54,126 nucleotides of DNA, taken from contig CAZNYG010000003.1 in the NCBI GenBank assembly GCA_964577205.1, forward strand, positions 1 through 54,126. The letters are read 5' to 3'. Below the pieces are notes generated by a model. That model was not told the origin of the DNA, ran no database searches, and worked only from the letters and a program-made list of their open reading frames with translations. The position numbers and the translations under genes are program-made. Origin of the DNA: an uncultured Elusimicrobiales bacterium. Its GTDB lineage: Bacteria > Elusimicrobiota > Endomicrobiia > Endomicrobiales > CAIRNS01. Numbering within the stretch: position 1 is the first letter of the stretch; each line of letters starts with the position of its first letter. This document shows positions 46,416 to 54,126 of the stretch, piece after piece.

Positions 46416-48773
46416 TCACTTGCTCAGGACGCGGTCGATCTCCGCGAGTTTCTCCCGGGCAAGGCTGTTCTCCGGTTCACGTTCCAGAAGACCGGCAAAA
46501 TCCCGGCGCGCTTCGGTATAACGCCGCATCGCCATGTAAGCCAGCGCGCGGTTCCCCAACGCCGCGACGTTATTTGAGGAAGCGGCCAGCGCGGCCGAAT
46601 ACTGAGCGACGGCAGGCTCCAGGCTGCCGAGCGTGAAATAGACGTTCCCGAGGTAAAGGCGGATCTTTGGATCATCGGGATTCTGTTGCGCGAGCCGCTC
46701 CAGCAGCGGCCGGGCTTTTTCCCAGTCCTTTTCCGAAACAGCTTTTTCGGCCCGCGACATCAGCAGGTCTGTTCCATTTACCGCGGGCGCCTTGAACGCG
46801 CGGCCCGTCAACGATTCCAGGTTCTTCTTCGCCATGCCGAACGAAGGATCAAGTTCCAGCGCTTTGCCGTAAGCCGCCGCCGCTCCATCCCTGTTGCCGG
46901 ATATCGCGTGTACGTACCCGAGATTGTTCCACATTTCCTTGTTCCCGGGGAACAGGAGGGTACCCTGTGCAAGAAGAGGAATGAGCGCGCTGCGGTAACG
47001 CTGCATGTCCTGAAGCATGATACTCGACATGACAACATAGGCTTCCTGCGAAATAGGGTTGATGTAAAGCGCTCGGGTATATTCCCTCAGGCTCCTTGAA
47101 AGATCCCCCTTCTGAGCGAGGACCGTCGCCATATTGAAATAGATCTCGTCGTATCCGGCATTGGCTCGCAGGGATTCCTCGTAATAAGCAAGCGCGCGGG
47201 CAATGTCATGAGCGCGGGCACAGGCGTTCGCCAGCTCGTAGTTGTTGTTGACCTCGAACCGCTGGAACCGGTGAGCGGCCTCAAGCTCAGGGATAGCCCG
47301 GCGGATATCGTTCTGTTTGGAGAACTTGAATCCCTTGAAATAATGTATCTCGGCTTTCAAATGGCCGATGTATATCATGATGATAAAACCGGCAAAGACG
47401 ATACCCGCCGCCGCCGCGGCTTTCCGTATGCCATCCTCAAGACGGACCGTTCTTCCGGAGCCGCGCGACAGGCCCGCGAGGATACCGGCGAACCACCAGT
47501 AGAGGAATCCCGGGACCGCGAAATGGAGCGAAACGTTGAGAAGATTGTCCGTCAGCATTCCCGCGATCGAAGCGATGAGCGCCATCGCGAGAAGCTTCCT
47601 GCCCCTCTCCGCGCCGCGCATGGTCTTGAACGCCGCCGTGAACAGCGTGACAAGAAACCACAGGTATATCCCCATTCCGATCGTGCCCGTCTGTGACCAT
47701 ATCTCGAGCGCCTCGTTATGGGTATTGTTGGCATGGGTGCGGAAATTCCGGTACGCCTCGACAAAAAGGTGACGTCCCTGATAGAAGGGATAGTACAGTT
47801 CAAAACATCCCCACCCTTTTCCCAGAACGGGGTTTTCCGCGACCATGTGCCAGGCGCACGACCATATTAGCCGCCGCTGATGCCATGGCGCGTAGTACTC
47901 TCCGGCCGCCTTTTTGCTCTCGGCCAGGCGCTCGATGACCGACGGATGATAGCCTTCGACCGGGCTCTTCGGCCAGAACACGGCCGTCAGCAGAAGCGCT
48001 GCGGCCGCGATCACGCCCCAGCGGAAGCGTTTCATGAAGAACTGCCGGTCATGGAAAAAGAGCAGCAGGGCGAAAAACAGCATCCCGACGGAAACTCCCA
48101 GCCACGATGAACGCGTGAGGGTGCAGAGCATCCCGCCCGCGTAAACCAGAAGAAGCATCCCGTACAGGGCCCGCCTCATCCCTCTTTCCGTCTTCAGAAA
48201 GTAAGCGAAGGCGGGCGGGAACAGCAGGACAAGATATGAAGACAGAAAGTTCGGGTTCCCGAACGTGGAAACGCTTCTTCCGCCGAAAGGATTGAGCACT
48301 TTGGGCCAGATCAGTTCGACACCCCGGTACTGCAGGATGCCGTAGGCCGCAGCAACGCCTCCGACGATCAGAGGGACATGGACATACAGGGAACGATGAT
48401 CGTCGTCCGAGTAAAAGGCCGCGATAAAGAAAACGAGGACAACATTGACCAGCAGGAAAAGCCAGCGCTTGCTTCCTTCGCTGAAGATGCTGTAGCGTAG
48501 ATAGGGTTCATTGACGTTCGCGGCGTATACCGCGATTATCGATAACGTGGCCGCGGCAAAAAAAGCAAGCAGCGGCACGTCAAGCGGCGTGGAGTATACC
48601 GTAAGTTTTTTCCCGCGCAGTCCCTGTGCCAGCCAGAGCGCGGCGGCAAGGGCCGTGCAGGAATTGAGGAGCACGATCTGAAAATAGTACGGATTGCGCG
48701 TAAGATCGGTGAAGAAAACCAGCGGCGGGACGAGGAGAATGAAAACGATCAGAAAACGAATGGAACGATCCAT
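46416..48773 (-). CDS. O-antigen-ligase-like (Wzy_C) polytopic membrane domain fused to C-terminal TPR repeats (copy 1)
   Basis: 785 aa, about 12 TM segments. FGNPNFLSSYL, LTRSSWLG and THANNTHNEALEIWSQTGTIGMG (Wzy_C loop). The last ~330 aa are TPR-like (A..Y...L...P....A..NLG..Y). Confidence 0.7.
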   Translation of the reverse strand: MDRSIRFLIVFILLVPPLVFFTDLTRNPYYFQIVLLNSCTALAAALWLAQGLRGKKLTVYSTPLDVPLLAFFAAATLSIIAVYAANVNEPYLRYSIFSEGSKRWLFLLVNVVLVFFIAAFYSDDDHRSLYVHVPLIVGGVAAAYGILQYRGVELIWPKVLNPFGGRSVSTFGNPNFLSSYLVLLFPPAFAYFLKTERGMRRALYGMLLLVYAGGMLCTLTRSSWLGVSVGMLFFALLLFFHDRQFFMKRFRWGVIAAAALLLTAVFWPKSPVEGYHPSVIERLAESKKAAGEYYAPWHQRRLIWSCAWHMVAENPVLGKGWGCFELYYPFYQGRHLFVEAYRNFRTHANNTHNEALEIWSQTGTIGMGIYLWFLVTLFTAAFKTMRGAERGRKLLAMALIASIAGMLTDNLLNVSLHFAVPGFLYWWFAGILAGLSRGSGRTVRLEDGIRKAAAAAGIVFAGFIIMIYIGHLKAEIHYFKGFKFSKQNDIRRAIPELEAAHRFQRFEVNNNYELANACARAHDIARALAYYEESLRANAGYDEIYFNMATVLAQKGDLSRSLREYTRALYINPISQEAYVVMSSIMLQDMQRYRSALIPLLAQGTLLFPGNKEMWNNLGYVHAISGNRDGAAAAYGKALELDPSFGMAKKNLESLTGRAFKAPAVNGTDLLMSRAEKAVSEKDWEKARPLLERLAQQNPDDPKIRLYLGNVYFTLGSLEPAVAQYSAALAASSNNVAALGNRALAYMAMRRYTEARRDFAGLLEREPENSLAREKLAEIDRVLSK

Positions 48774-48845
48774 AATGTATGGTCACCTTGAGCGGAGTTC
48801 ATTCCGGATGCGGATGCGGCCGCGGCCGCCGCGCGGCGGCGCTGG

Positions 48846-51092
48846 CTATCGTTGCGGCTGGACGAACATCCTCTGCACGTCGGGATCGTTCGGCGCTGTC
48901 TTTCTCAGTTGTTGCCATACTTCGCCCGCTTTATCCATGCGGCCTTTACGCGCGTACACCGTAGCCAGATTCTTAAGTGCGTTGACGGAGTTGGGGCTTA
49001 ATTCGATCGATCTCTCGTAGTACTTTTCGGCCCCGTCGAGGTCATTGTTCATGTAACGCAGATTCCCGAGGTTCAAGTATGTTTCGGCGTATTCGTCCCT
49101 GCGGCGGACGGTCCAGTCTTCCACCCAGGCGTTATGAGGCGGCTGCTTCAATTTCTCAGGGTATTCCAGATGGGCTTTATACACATCCTCGGCCTTGTCC
49201 GGCTGGCCCATTTCCTGATGGATCCATGCGATACGATAATAATTCAACGGGAAGATCGGATCGATGGCGCGGTAGCGTTCAAATTGAGCGAGAGCCTTTT
49301 GCCATAGCTCCGTTTTCGCATTCTCGTGTTTTGCCGCCGCCGCCATATCCCCTCTATTCCGTGCTTCAGCGGCTTTCCTCTTTTCTTCTTCTCCCCACTT
49401 CAGGTAGATGAGGCCCGCCTGATGATGTGACTGCACGTAGTTCGGCGCCAGTTTCCACACGTCGTTGTATTTAGCTACCGCCTTGTCCGGATCGCCGGGA
49501 GCCCACCGGTCGTTGTATACGTTGCCCATGAAATAATGCGTCATGATGAACGAAGGGTTTTCCTTCACTACCGTCTCATAGCGTTCCAGCGCTTCCTGCC
49601 ACCGGGCGGACTTTGAGAAAAAGATCGCCTGGTTGTGTTTCATGTCGCCGTCAAAATAGCCGTAGAACACCAAGACGAACCACACGGCCGCTCCGGCGAC
49701 AAGGATCTGCAGGGAACGGCGTACGAACAGGGGAAGACGGGAATTTTTGACCGGATTATCCTCATCGGCCTTCAGCGGATCATTGACCGTGAGCCCCACG
49801 ATCAGGCCTATCATAAGCCACAACATGACCCCGGAAGAAACGAACCGCAGCGAAACGCACACAAGGTTATGCGCCAGCTGAGCGATGACCGCGGTTAGGA
49901 TGCCCAGCAGGTAATAAGACCTGATGTCGGCCTTTTTCCCTTCAGACTGAGCTTTACTGAATTCCCTGAGGCTCCTGAACCCCATGGTCAAACAGGCAGC
50001 CAGCAGTAGAAGGAAGACGCCGAATCCGATGTATCCCTCATCATACCAGACCTCAAGGAACTCGTCTTCCGGATGGTCGGTCTCGGTGTTATGGCGGCCT
50101 TCGATAAAGAATATCTGAGGCCTGCGCCAGGAAGGATAGGTCACGTAAAAAGTGCCGAGGCCGGTGCCTATCCAGGGATGCGTCTTGATCATTTCGCAAG
50201 TGGAAAGCCATGTAAAAATACGGAACGACGAGCTGTCCGGCCTCCCCTTCAGCTGGTGCGCCATCCCGATACTTACGATGATGATGGTCGCCGCGGCCAT
50301 CGAGAAAAGTATCTTGCGCAGACGGGCCTTGTTGGCGTGAGAAAAGAACATGACGGCAAGGAACGCGAAAACGATCAGGCCCACCGCGAAACCCAGCCAG
50401 GCGCCTTTTGAATAAGTGAAGGCCGTGCAGAAAGCCACCACGCCCCAGAGCAGCAGCAGGGAAAAACGTTTGAAGCGCAGGTAAAAGTCGAGGACGACCG
50501 GGCTCATCACCACAAGGAAATCGCCGAAGAAATTCGGGTTCCCGAACGTCGAGAACACGCGCGGGCCGAACGCCCGGCGCCAGATGAAGGGATCAAGGCC
50601 GGGTTCAGGAGGCCCGGGGAAGAATTTGTAGTCAAGATACTGCACCACGCCATATACGCCGGTGACCAGCACCGCGGCGATAAGCCATTTGAACAGCCTC
50701 CGCAGCGATGCCTCGCTGTTGAACTCGCTGGCGACGATCAGGGCAAGCCCGATATAAATGACCCTGCGCACCAGTTCGTTGGCGCTGGCCAGCGGAAAAG
50801 GAGAATGAGTGAATGAGAATATCCCCGAAGCAAGGAACAGCAGCAAAGGAAGGATGGCCGCCAGGTTCTTCCTGAAAAAATCGAATTCGTTCTCGATGGC
50901 CTTTATTAGCCAGGCGGCTATAAGGATCGTCCCGCCGATCTGAACGAGGGTTATCTTTATCTGTGCCGAATCGTACGTCTTCAGGTAGAAAGCCACGGCG
51001 ATCAGAAAGTAGAGCACTGGAAGCCCCGTCGCGATGAGCCTGCTCGTGTAAGAAACAAGTTTCCGGTTCACTGCTGAAGCAACGGTATTCAT
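48846..51092 (-). CDS. O-antigen-ligase-like (Wzy_C) polytopic membrane domain fused to C-terminal TPR repeats (copy 2)
   Basis: 748 aa with the same architecture, paralogous to copy 1. FGNPNFFGDFL, YSKGAWLG and HNTETDHPEDEFLEVWYDEGYIGFG, followed by TPR repeats. Confidence 0.7.
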   Translation of the reverse strand: MNTVASAVNRKLVSYTSRLIATGLPVLYFLIAVAFYLKTYDSAQIKITLVQIGGTILIAAWLIKAIENEFDFFRKNLAAILPLLLFLASGIFSFTHSPFPLASANELVRRVIYIGLALIVASEFNSEASLRRLFKWLIAAVLVTGVYGVVQYLDYKFFPGPPEPGLDPFIWRRAFGPRVFSTFGNPNFFGDFLVVMSPVVLDFYLRFKRFSLLLLWGVVAFCTAFTYSKGAWLGFAVGLIVFAFLAVMFFSHANKARLRKILFSMAAATIIIVSIGMAHQLKGRPDSSSFRIFTWLSTCEMIKTHPWIGTGLGTFYVTYPSWRRPQIFFIEGRHNTETDHPEDEFLEVWYDEGYIGFGVFLLLLAACLTMGFRSLREFSKAQSEGKKADIRSYYLLGILTAVIAQLAHNLVCVSLRFVSSGVMLWLMIGLIVGLTVNDPLKADEDNPVKNSRLPLFVRRSLQILVAGAAVWFVLVFYGYFDGDMKHNQAIFFSKSARWQEALERYETVVKENPSFIMTHYFMGNVYNDRWAPGDPDKAVAKYNDVWKLAPNYVQSHHQAGLIYLKWGEEEKRKAAEARNRGDMAAAAKHENAKTELWQKALAQFERYRAIDPIFPLNYYRIAWIHQEMGQPDKAEDVYKAHLEYPEKLKQPPHNAWVEDWTVRRRDEYAETYLNLGNLRYMNNDLDGAEKYYERSIELSPNSVNALKNLATVYARKGRMDKAGEVWQQLRKTAPNDPDVQRMFVQPQR

Positions 51093-52492
51093 CTCAGTTC
51101 CTTATATCCCCGCACCTTCTCCGCCATCGAAACGCACATAGCCCGTATCTGGGCTACCGCGTCCACGCTTTCATCGCCGGCATATACCAGTTTCCCGCTT
51201 CCCGTGTCGATCACGCGGATCGACACAAAATACCTGTCTAAGTACCGCGAAAAAACACCGGTGACCACTTGCCGCGCCCCCGTCATGCTCCCTATCCGGG
51301 CCGCGGACTGTTCCGAGACTTCACCGGCCGGCCTGCCAAGCCGTTCCCGCGCCGCGAGCGTCTCTTCGCGTCCGACTACACCCGTACCGGGGATACCGGC
51401 GAACGCTTCACGGAAAAAATTGCTGACGATAACTGCATCCGGGGCCGCTGCGTTCTTTGCCGCGAAATCAATGACCGCCACGGTCACGCGCTCCGAGTTC
51501 TCTTTAATGCCCTTTTTCACGATCACGGCATCCATCCGGGCTTCCGTCCGCGAACTTCCCGCTTTTCCGAACCGCGCCGCCAGCGTAACGCGGTGAGTGT
51601 CCCCCAGATCACCGTAGGGAAGCCAGGCATAATCCAGGCCGAAACGATCGAACAGGAATCCGAATCCTGCCGTAAGATTGACCCGGAGCATCTCACCCAT
51701 CCCCGGATCATTGAGAAAGTGCCTGTACCCGCACCGCAATGACACGTGAGGGCCGGCGTGGTATTCAAGGCCGGTGCGCAGGACTGACTCCGAATCAAGG
51801 TACAATGCCGCCTCGCCGCCCCAGAAAAGGTCTTCCGTCACCATGCGCCCGAAACCAAAATAACCGGCGGTCGGAAGATCGTACCCCTTAACCCGTGGGC
51901 CCAGATTCTTGACCCCGAACCCGAACGACCATTTTCCCTTCCCGGGATCATAAAGCCCACCCGCCGAGGCCATCATGCCGCTGCTGGAATTACCATCGAT
52001 CGTTTCCCGGACGCCTGTAAGCGCCGCGCCCCAGGAAAAATGCCTGCCTGTCTTCATGCCGTACGCACCCTGCAGCAGAAGATCTCCGTATTCAAAGCTG
52101 CCTGCTTCCGAGTATCCATCGAGACTGCCGTCAGCGACCGTCCGGGTGATGCTTCCGGAACCAAGCCGGCCGAACGTCCCCGCGAAAACCGCATCGTTTC
52201 CGGACATGAAAGCGCACGAGACGAGGCTGTACTGTATGCCCTCCGCGTAGGAAAGATGATTGAACGCGATCTCGCTGCTTCCCATCAAGGGCAGGGCCGC
52301 GGGATTCATCGACAGCGACAGGGAAGAGGGTATGGCTTCCATCTCTCCCATGCCTGAAGAACGCGCCGAAGCGCTGATCTTAAGAAATGAAAAAATGCTG
52401 GTTCCTGTGGACGATGCGTTTGCTGAAGAATTAAACAGGAATAGGCAGATAAACGACGCTGAAAGAATAGCCTTTGAGGAGTGAAATGTCAT
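51089..52492 (-). CDS. Outer-membrane beta-barrel (PorV/PorQ/UPF0164-like N-terminal motif) with C-terminal CsgG/LpoB/FlgO-like domain
   Basis: I place the start at MTFHSSKAILSASFICLFLFNSSANA (signal peptide); the ORF-track start 52585 runs through tRNA-Thr. It has the motif ISASARSSGMGEMEA......MNPAAL and alternating barrel strands ending in ...HRVTLAARFG. The tail is VTVAVIDFAAKNA...VVGREE...IGSMTGARQVVTGVFSR..DRYFVSIRVIDTGSGK. 4-nt overlap with the downstream Wzy_C-TPR gene. Confidence 0.5.
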   Translation of the reverse strand: MTFHSSKAILSASFICLFLFNSSANASSTGTSIFSFLKISASARSSGMGEMEAIPSSLSLSMNPAALPLMGSSEIAFNHLSYAEGIQYSLVSCAFMSGNDAVFAGTFGRLGSGSITRTVADGSLDGYSEAGSFEYGDLLLQGAYGMKTGRHFSWGAALTGVRETIDGNSSSGMMASAGGLYDPGKGKWSFGFGVKNLGPRVKGYDLPTAGYFGFGRMVTEDLFWGGEAALYLDSESVLRTGLEYHAGPHVSLRCGYRHFLNDPGMGEMLRVNLTAGFGFLFDRFGLDYAWLPYGDLGDTHRVTLAARFGKAGSSRTEARMDAVIVKKGIKENSERVTVAVIDFAAKNAAAPDAVIVSNFFREAFAGIPGTGVVGREETLAARERLGRPAGEVSEQSAARIGSMTGARQVVTGVFSRYLDRYFVSIRVIDTGSGKLVYAGDESVDAVAQIRAMCVSMAEKVRGYKELR

Positions 52493-52527
52493 GGAAAGGT
52501 AATGAGCGCGCGCCAGGTTTAAAAAAA

Positions 52528-52599
52528 AGCCGGCGATAGGATTTGAACCTACGACCCATCGCTTACGAAGCGATTGCTCTACCACTGAGCTACGCCGGC
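52528..52599 (-). tRNA. tRNA-Thr (anticodon CGT)
   Basis: Hand-folded cloverleaf: GCCGGCG-TA-GCTC-AGTGGTA-GAGC-A-ATCGC-TTCGTAA-GCGAT-GGGTC-GTAGG-TTCAAAT-CCTAT-CGCCGGC-T. CCA is not encoded. A T7 run follows. Confidence 0.9.
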
Positions 52600-52698
52600 G
52601 CTGTTACGTCCTTGACTGACGGTTTCGGTAAGAGAGAAAAGAGCTCGGGTCATTGCCGCCCGCCTCGCTGCCGGGACGGTTCTTCGAGCAGTTCAATA

Positions 52699-52771
52699 TG
52701 CTGGGGGACAGAATCGAACTGTCGACACCAGGTTTTTCAGACCTGTGCTCTACCGACTGAGCTACCCCAGC
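52699..52771 (-). tRNA. tRNA-Phe (anticodon GAA)
   Basis: Hand-folded cloverleaf: GCTGGGG-TA-GCTC-AGTCGGTA-GAGC-A-CAGGT-CTGAAAA-ACCTG-GTGTC-GACAG-TTCGATT-CTGTC-CCCCAGC-A. CCA is not encoded. Confidence 0.9.
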
Positions 52772-52918
52772 GTGTATTCAAAAGCATACCCCATCCCAAT
52801 GGATGAGGCACGCAAAAACGGAACGGTAAAACCTAAAACAAAAATTGTAAAATGATAAATCATCACCGGCTTTTTTTCACTTTCCTGCCTGTTTTACATT
52901 TTTCGTTTTTCATTGCCT

Positions 52919-53215
52919 TTATGTGTTCTGCTGCTGCTTGCGTTCAAAGGCCCGCTTGCCGGCTTCAAAAGCCTCCTCAAGGCGTTCCTTGTTCGACAGT
53001 ATCGAATCCCTGCCTTCGCTGACGATCTGGGTCGTTTTGGCTTTAATATCGTCACCGATGTTTTCAAGCTTGTCCGTAAGGTCTTCACCCATATCCTTCA
53101 GTTTCCGGCGGGTTTCTTTCCCTGAACTTGGAGCGTAAATGATCCCCAGGGCCGCTCCGACCAGGCCGCCGAGAATAAAAGCAAGAATGATCTCTCCGGA
53201 ATTCCTATCAGACAT
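52919..53215 (-). CDS. YtxH-domain protein
   Basis: I place the start at MSDRNSGE (SD GAAGGAGGG upstream). It has an N-terminal TM ILAFILGGLVGAALGIIYAP.SGKETR and then a charged helical region, which is the typical YtxH layout. Confidence 0.75.
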   Translation of the reverse strand: MSDRNSGEIILAFILGGLVGAALGIIYAPSSGKETRRKLKDMGEDLTDKLENIGDDIKAKTTQIVSEGRDSILSNKERLEEAFEAGKRAFERKQQQNT

Positions 53216-53555
53216 GTTTCCCTCCTTCGGCTGCGCAACATGTATCATTACAGCTTACTTTCCCCGCGGGCTCAGGCGCGCGGTTCTTTTGCGAGCGATT
53301 CATGACATACGAGGCGACTGCCGACGCCAGCCAGCTCCCCGCCTTGAACCAGGGTGTGGTAAAACGTTCAACCAACGAAGAGACAAAACCGGTGACTTTG
53401 GAAACGGACGCCAGTTCCCTGTTGAGATTAGCTATGAGCTCTTCCGCCTGGCGGGCGGTTTTGCGCAGCTGGTTCAACGTCACAACAAGGTACACGGCAG
53501 CCACGAGAACAGCCACGGCTACTGCGACCGCGCACGCGACATACACTGTCTCCAT
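53208..53555 (-). CDS. DUF948-like membrane protein
   Basis: ATG at 53555 with SD AAGAGG upstream. An N-terminal TM is followed by LNQLRKTARQAEELIANLNRE (DUF948 pattern). Commonly paired with YtxH genes. Confidence 0.65.
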   Translation of the reverse strand: METVYVACAVAVAVAVLVAAVYLVVTLNQLRKTARQAEELIANLNRELASVSKVTGFVSSLVERFTTPWFKAGSWLASAVASYVMNRSQKNRAPEPAGKVSCNDTCCAAEGGKHV

Positions 53556-53594
53556 TGTCAACCTCTTGCCGGCGGTAAATTATAAGCCTCTTTA

Positions 53595-53623
53595 ATTCTA
53601 ACAAATGAATGAAGTTCTGTCAA
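53595..53623 (-). promoter_or_regulatory. Near-consensus sigma-70 promoter of the DUF948-ytxH unit
   Basis: Minus strand TTGACA-17 nt-TAGAAT, about 35 nt upstream of the ATG at 53555. Confidence 0.55.
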
Positions 53624-53632
53624 ACCGGAAGG

Positions 53633-54126
53633 TCATCTCCCGTCGCGGCAGCCGGCAGAAGGGCAAACATCCTTCAAGCGGCACTCAGAATGCCTGGGCG
53701 AGCGGGCAACGCAGACGCGGCGCCCGTGATACTGCAACAGGAGCGGGAAGCCGGCCCATTCACCGTGGGGAACTAAGGCCATAAGGTCTTTTTCGATCTT
53801 CACCGGATCGCTATGCGCTGAAAGGCCGAGACGGCCGGAAAGCCGGATCACGTGTGTGTCAACGGCTATCCCTTCTTCCCTGCCGAAGATATTCCCGAGA
53901 ACGATGTTCGCCGTTTTCCGCGCGACCCCGGGAAGTCTCACAAGCTCATCCATCGAACCGGGCACTTCGCCTCCGAACTCGTCCATGATCACGCGCGCCG
54001 CTCCGATAATGTTCCTGGCCTTGTTCCTGAAAAATCCGGTCGAGCGGACCATTCCCTCCACATCTTCCTGAGCGGCCACGGAAAAAGTTTTCGCGTCGGG
54101 GTATTTCTTAAAAAGGCCCGGGGTCA
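53633..54126 (-). CDS. nth: Endonuclease III (DNA glycosylase/AP lyase), C-terminal part; N-terminus lies outside the window
   Basis: The reading frame stays open to the window edge. HhH-GPD region LVRLPGVARKTANIVL plus the 4Fe-4S cluster C.....C..C.....C (CVARSPRHSECRLKDVC). Confidence 0.85.
   Translation of the reverse strand, partial: TPGLFKKYPDAKTFSVAAQEDVEGMVRSTGFFRNKARNIIGAARVIMDEFGGEVPGSMDELVRLPGVARKTANIVLGNIFGREEGIAVDTHVIRLSGRLGLSAHSDPVKIEKDLMALVPHGEWAGFPLLLQYHGRRVCVARSPRHSECRLKDVCPSAGCRDGR

Noticed and set aside
48806-48840. GC-rich low-complexity spacer between the two Wzy_C-TPR genes: GGATGC GGATGC, GCGGCC GCGGCC, and the perfect 16-nt palindrome GCCGCCGCGCGGCGGC.
   Set aside because: No T-tract follows, so it is not an intrinsic terminator. 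It is too short for any array-type element. It is probably a simple GC hairpin or replication-slippage remnant.
52493-52585. N-terminal 31 codons of ORF 51089-52585 (MVEQSLRKRWVVGSNPIAGF...).
   Set aside because: This stretch is the antisense-free continuation through tRNA-Thr (52528-52599); the peptide VVGSNPI is simply the translated T-arm. A proper signal peptide begins at the Met at 52492.
52600-52918. Possible integration hotspot or mobile element next to the tRNA-Phe/tRNA-Thr pair, or an extra small RNA in the 99-nt and 147-nt spacers.
   Set aside because: There is no integrase, no direct repeat of a tRNA 3' end, and no compositional break. I could fold no cloverleaf or other conserved RNA motif from these spacers.

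Overview
Moderately GC-rich chromosomal segment from a diderm, LPS-making bacterium, probably uncultivated. It looks like core genome, not an obvious accessory island. All 59 genes I can support lie on the minus strand: 56 intact CDS, 1 frameshifted CDS and 2 tRNAs. I saw no transposase, integrase, CRISPR array, toxin-antitoxin pair or recognisable defence gene.

Reading the minus strand from high to low coordinates:
- nth (partial), then a DUF948/YtxH pair.
- tRNA-Phe and tRNA-Thr.
- An outer-membrane beta-barrel with a C-terminal CsgG/LpoB-like domain, then two tandem O-antigen-ligase(Wzy_C)+TPR proteins.
- A complete F1Fo ATP synthase operon (atpBEFHAGDC) behind a consensus sigma-70 promoter.
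- A two-gene insert with its own promoters and terminators: a PEP-CTERM protein and a GH81 beta-1,3-glucanase with a T9SS/FlgD-like tail.
- yebC-ruvCAB.
- queH-spoIID-queA-(GGDEF-PilZ)-HD-tgt-yajC-HD-secD-secF. This is the classic queA-tgt-yajC-secDF operon with extra genes inserted.
- A roughly 23-kb LPS/Kdo/heptose supercluster: waaA, three GT9 heptosyltransferases (one fused to DUF374), a WaaL-like ligase, GT2s, a PIG-L deacetylase, a frameshifted GT4, lpxK, gmhB, hldA, kdsB-pyrG-kdsA, kdsC and an LpxL-like acyltransferase.
- lptCAB-hpf-ptsN-hprK, with no rpoN.

I found no clear-cut new system. The leads most worth a second look are:
1. A family of intergenic elements built from 8-nt (GTTC-N4 / GCTN-N4) tandem units. 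Two of them are long hairpins with AAAGGCGTTC...GAACGCCTTT termini, and they punctuate the LPS supercluster.
2. The barrel + 2x Wzy_C-TPR module.
3. Two paralogous stand-alone HD hydrolases plus a GGDEF-PilZ fusion inside the queuosine/Sec operon.
4. A DUF374-GT9 fusion next to waaA.
5. A deoxyhypusine-synthase-like gene coupled to hldA.

Every functional call rests on my reading of the supplied translations (motifs and synteny). No database search was run.
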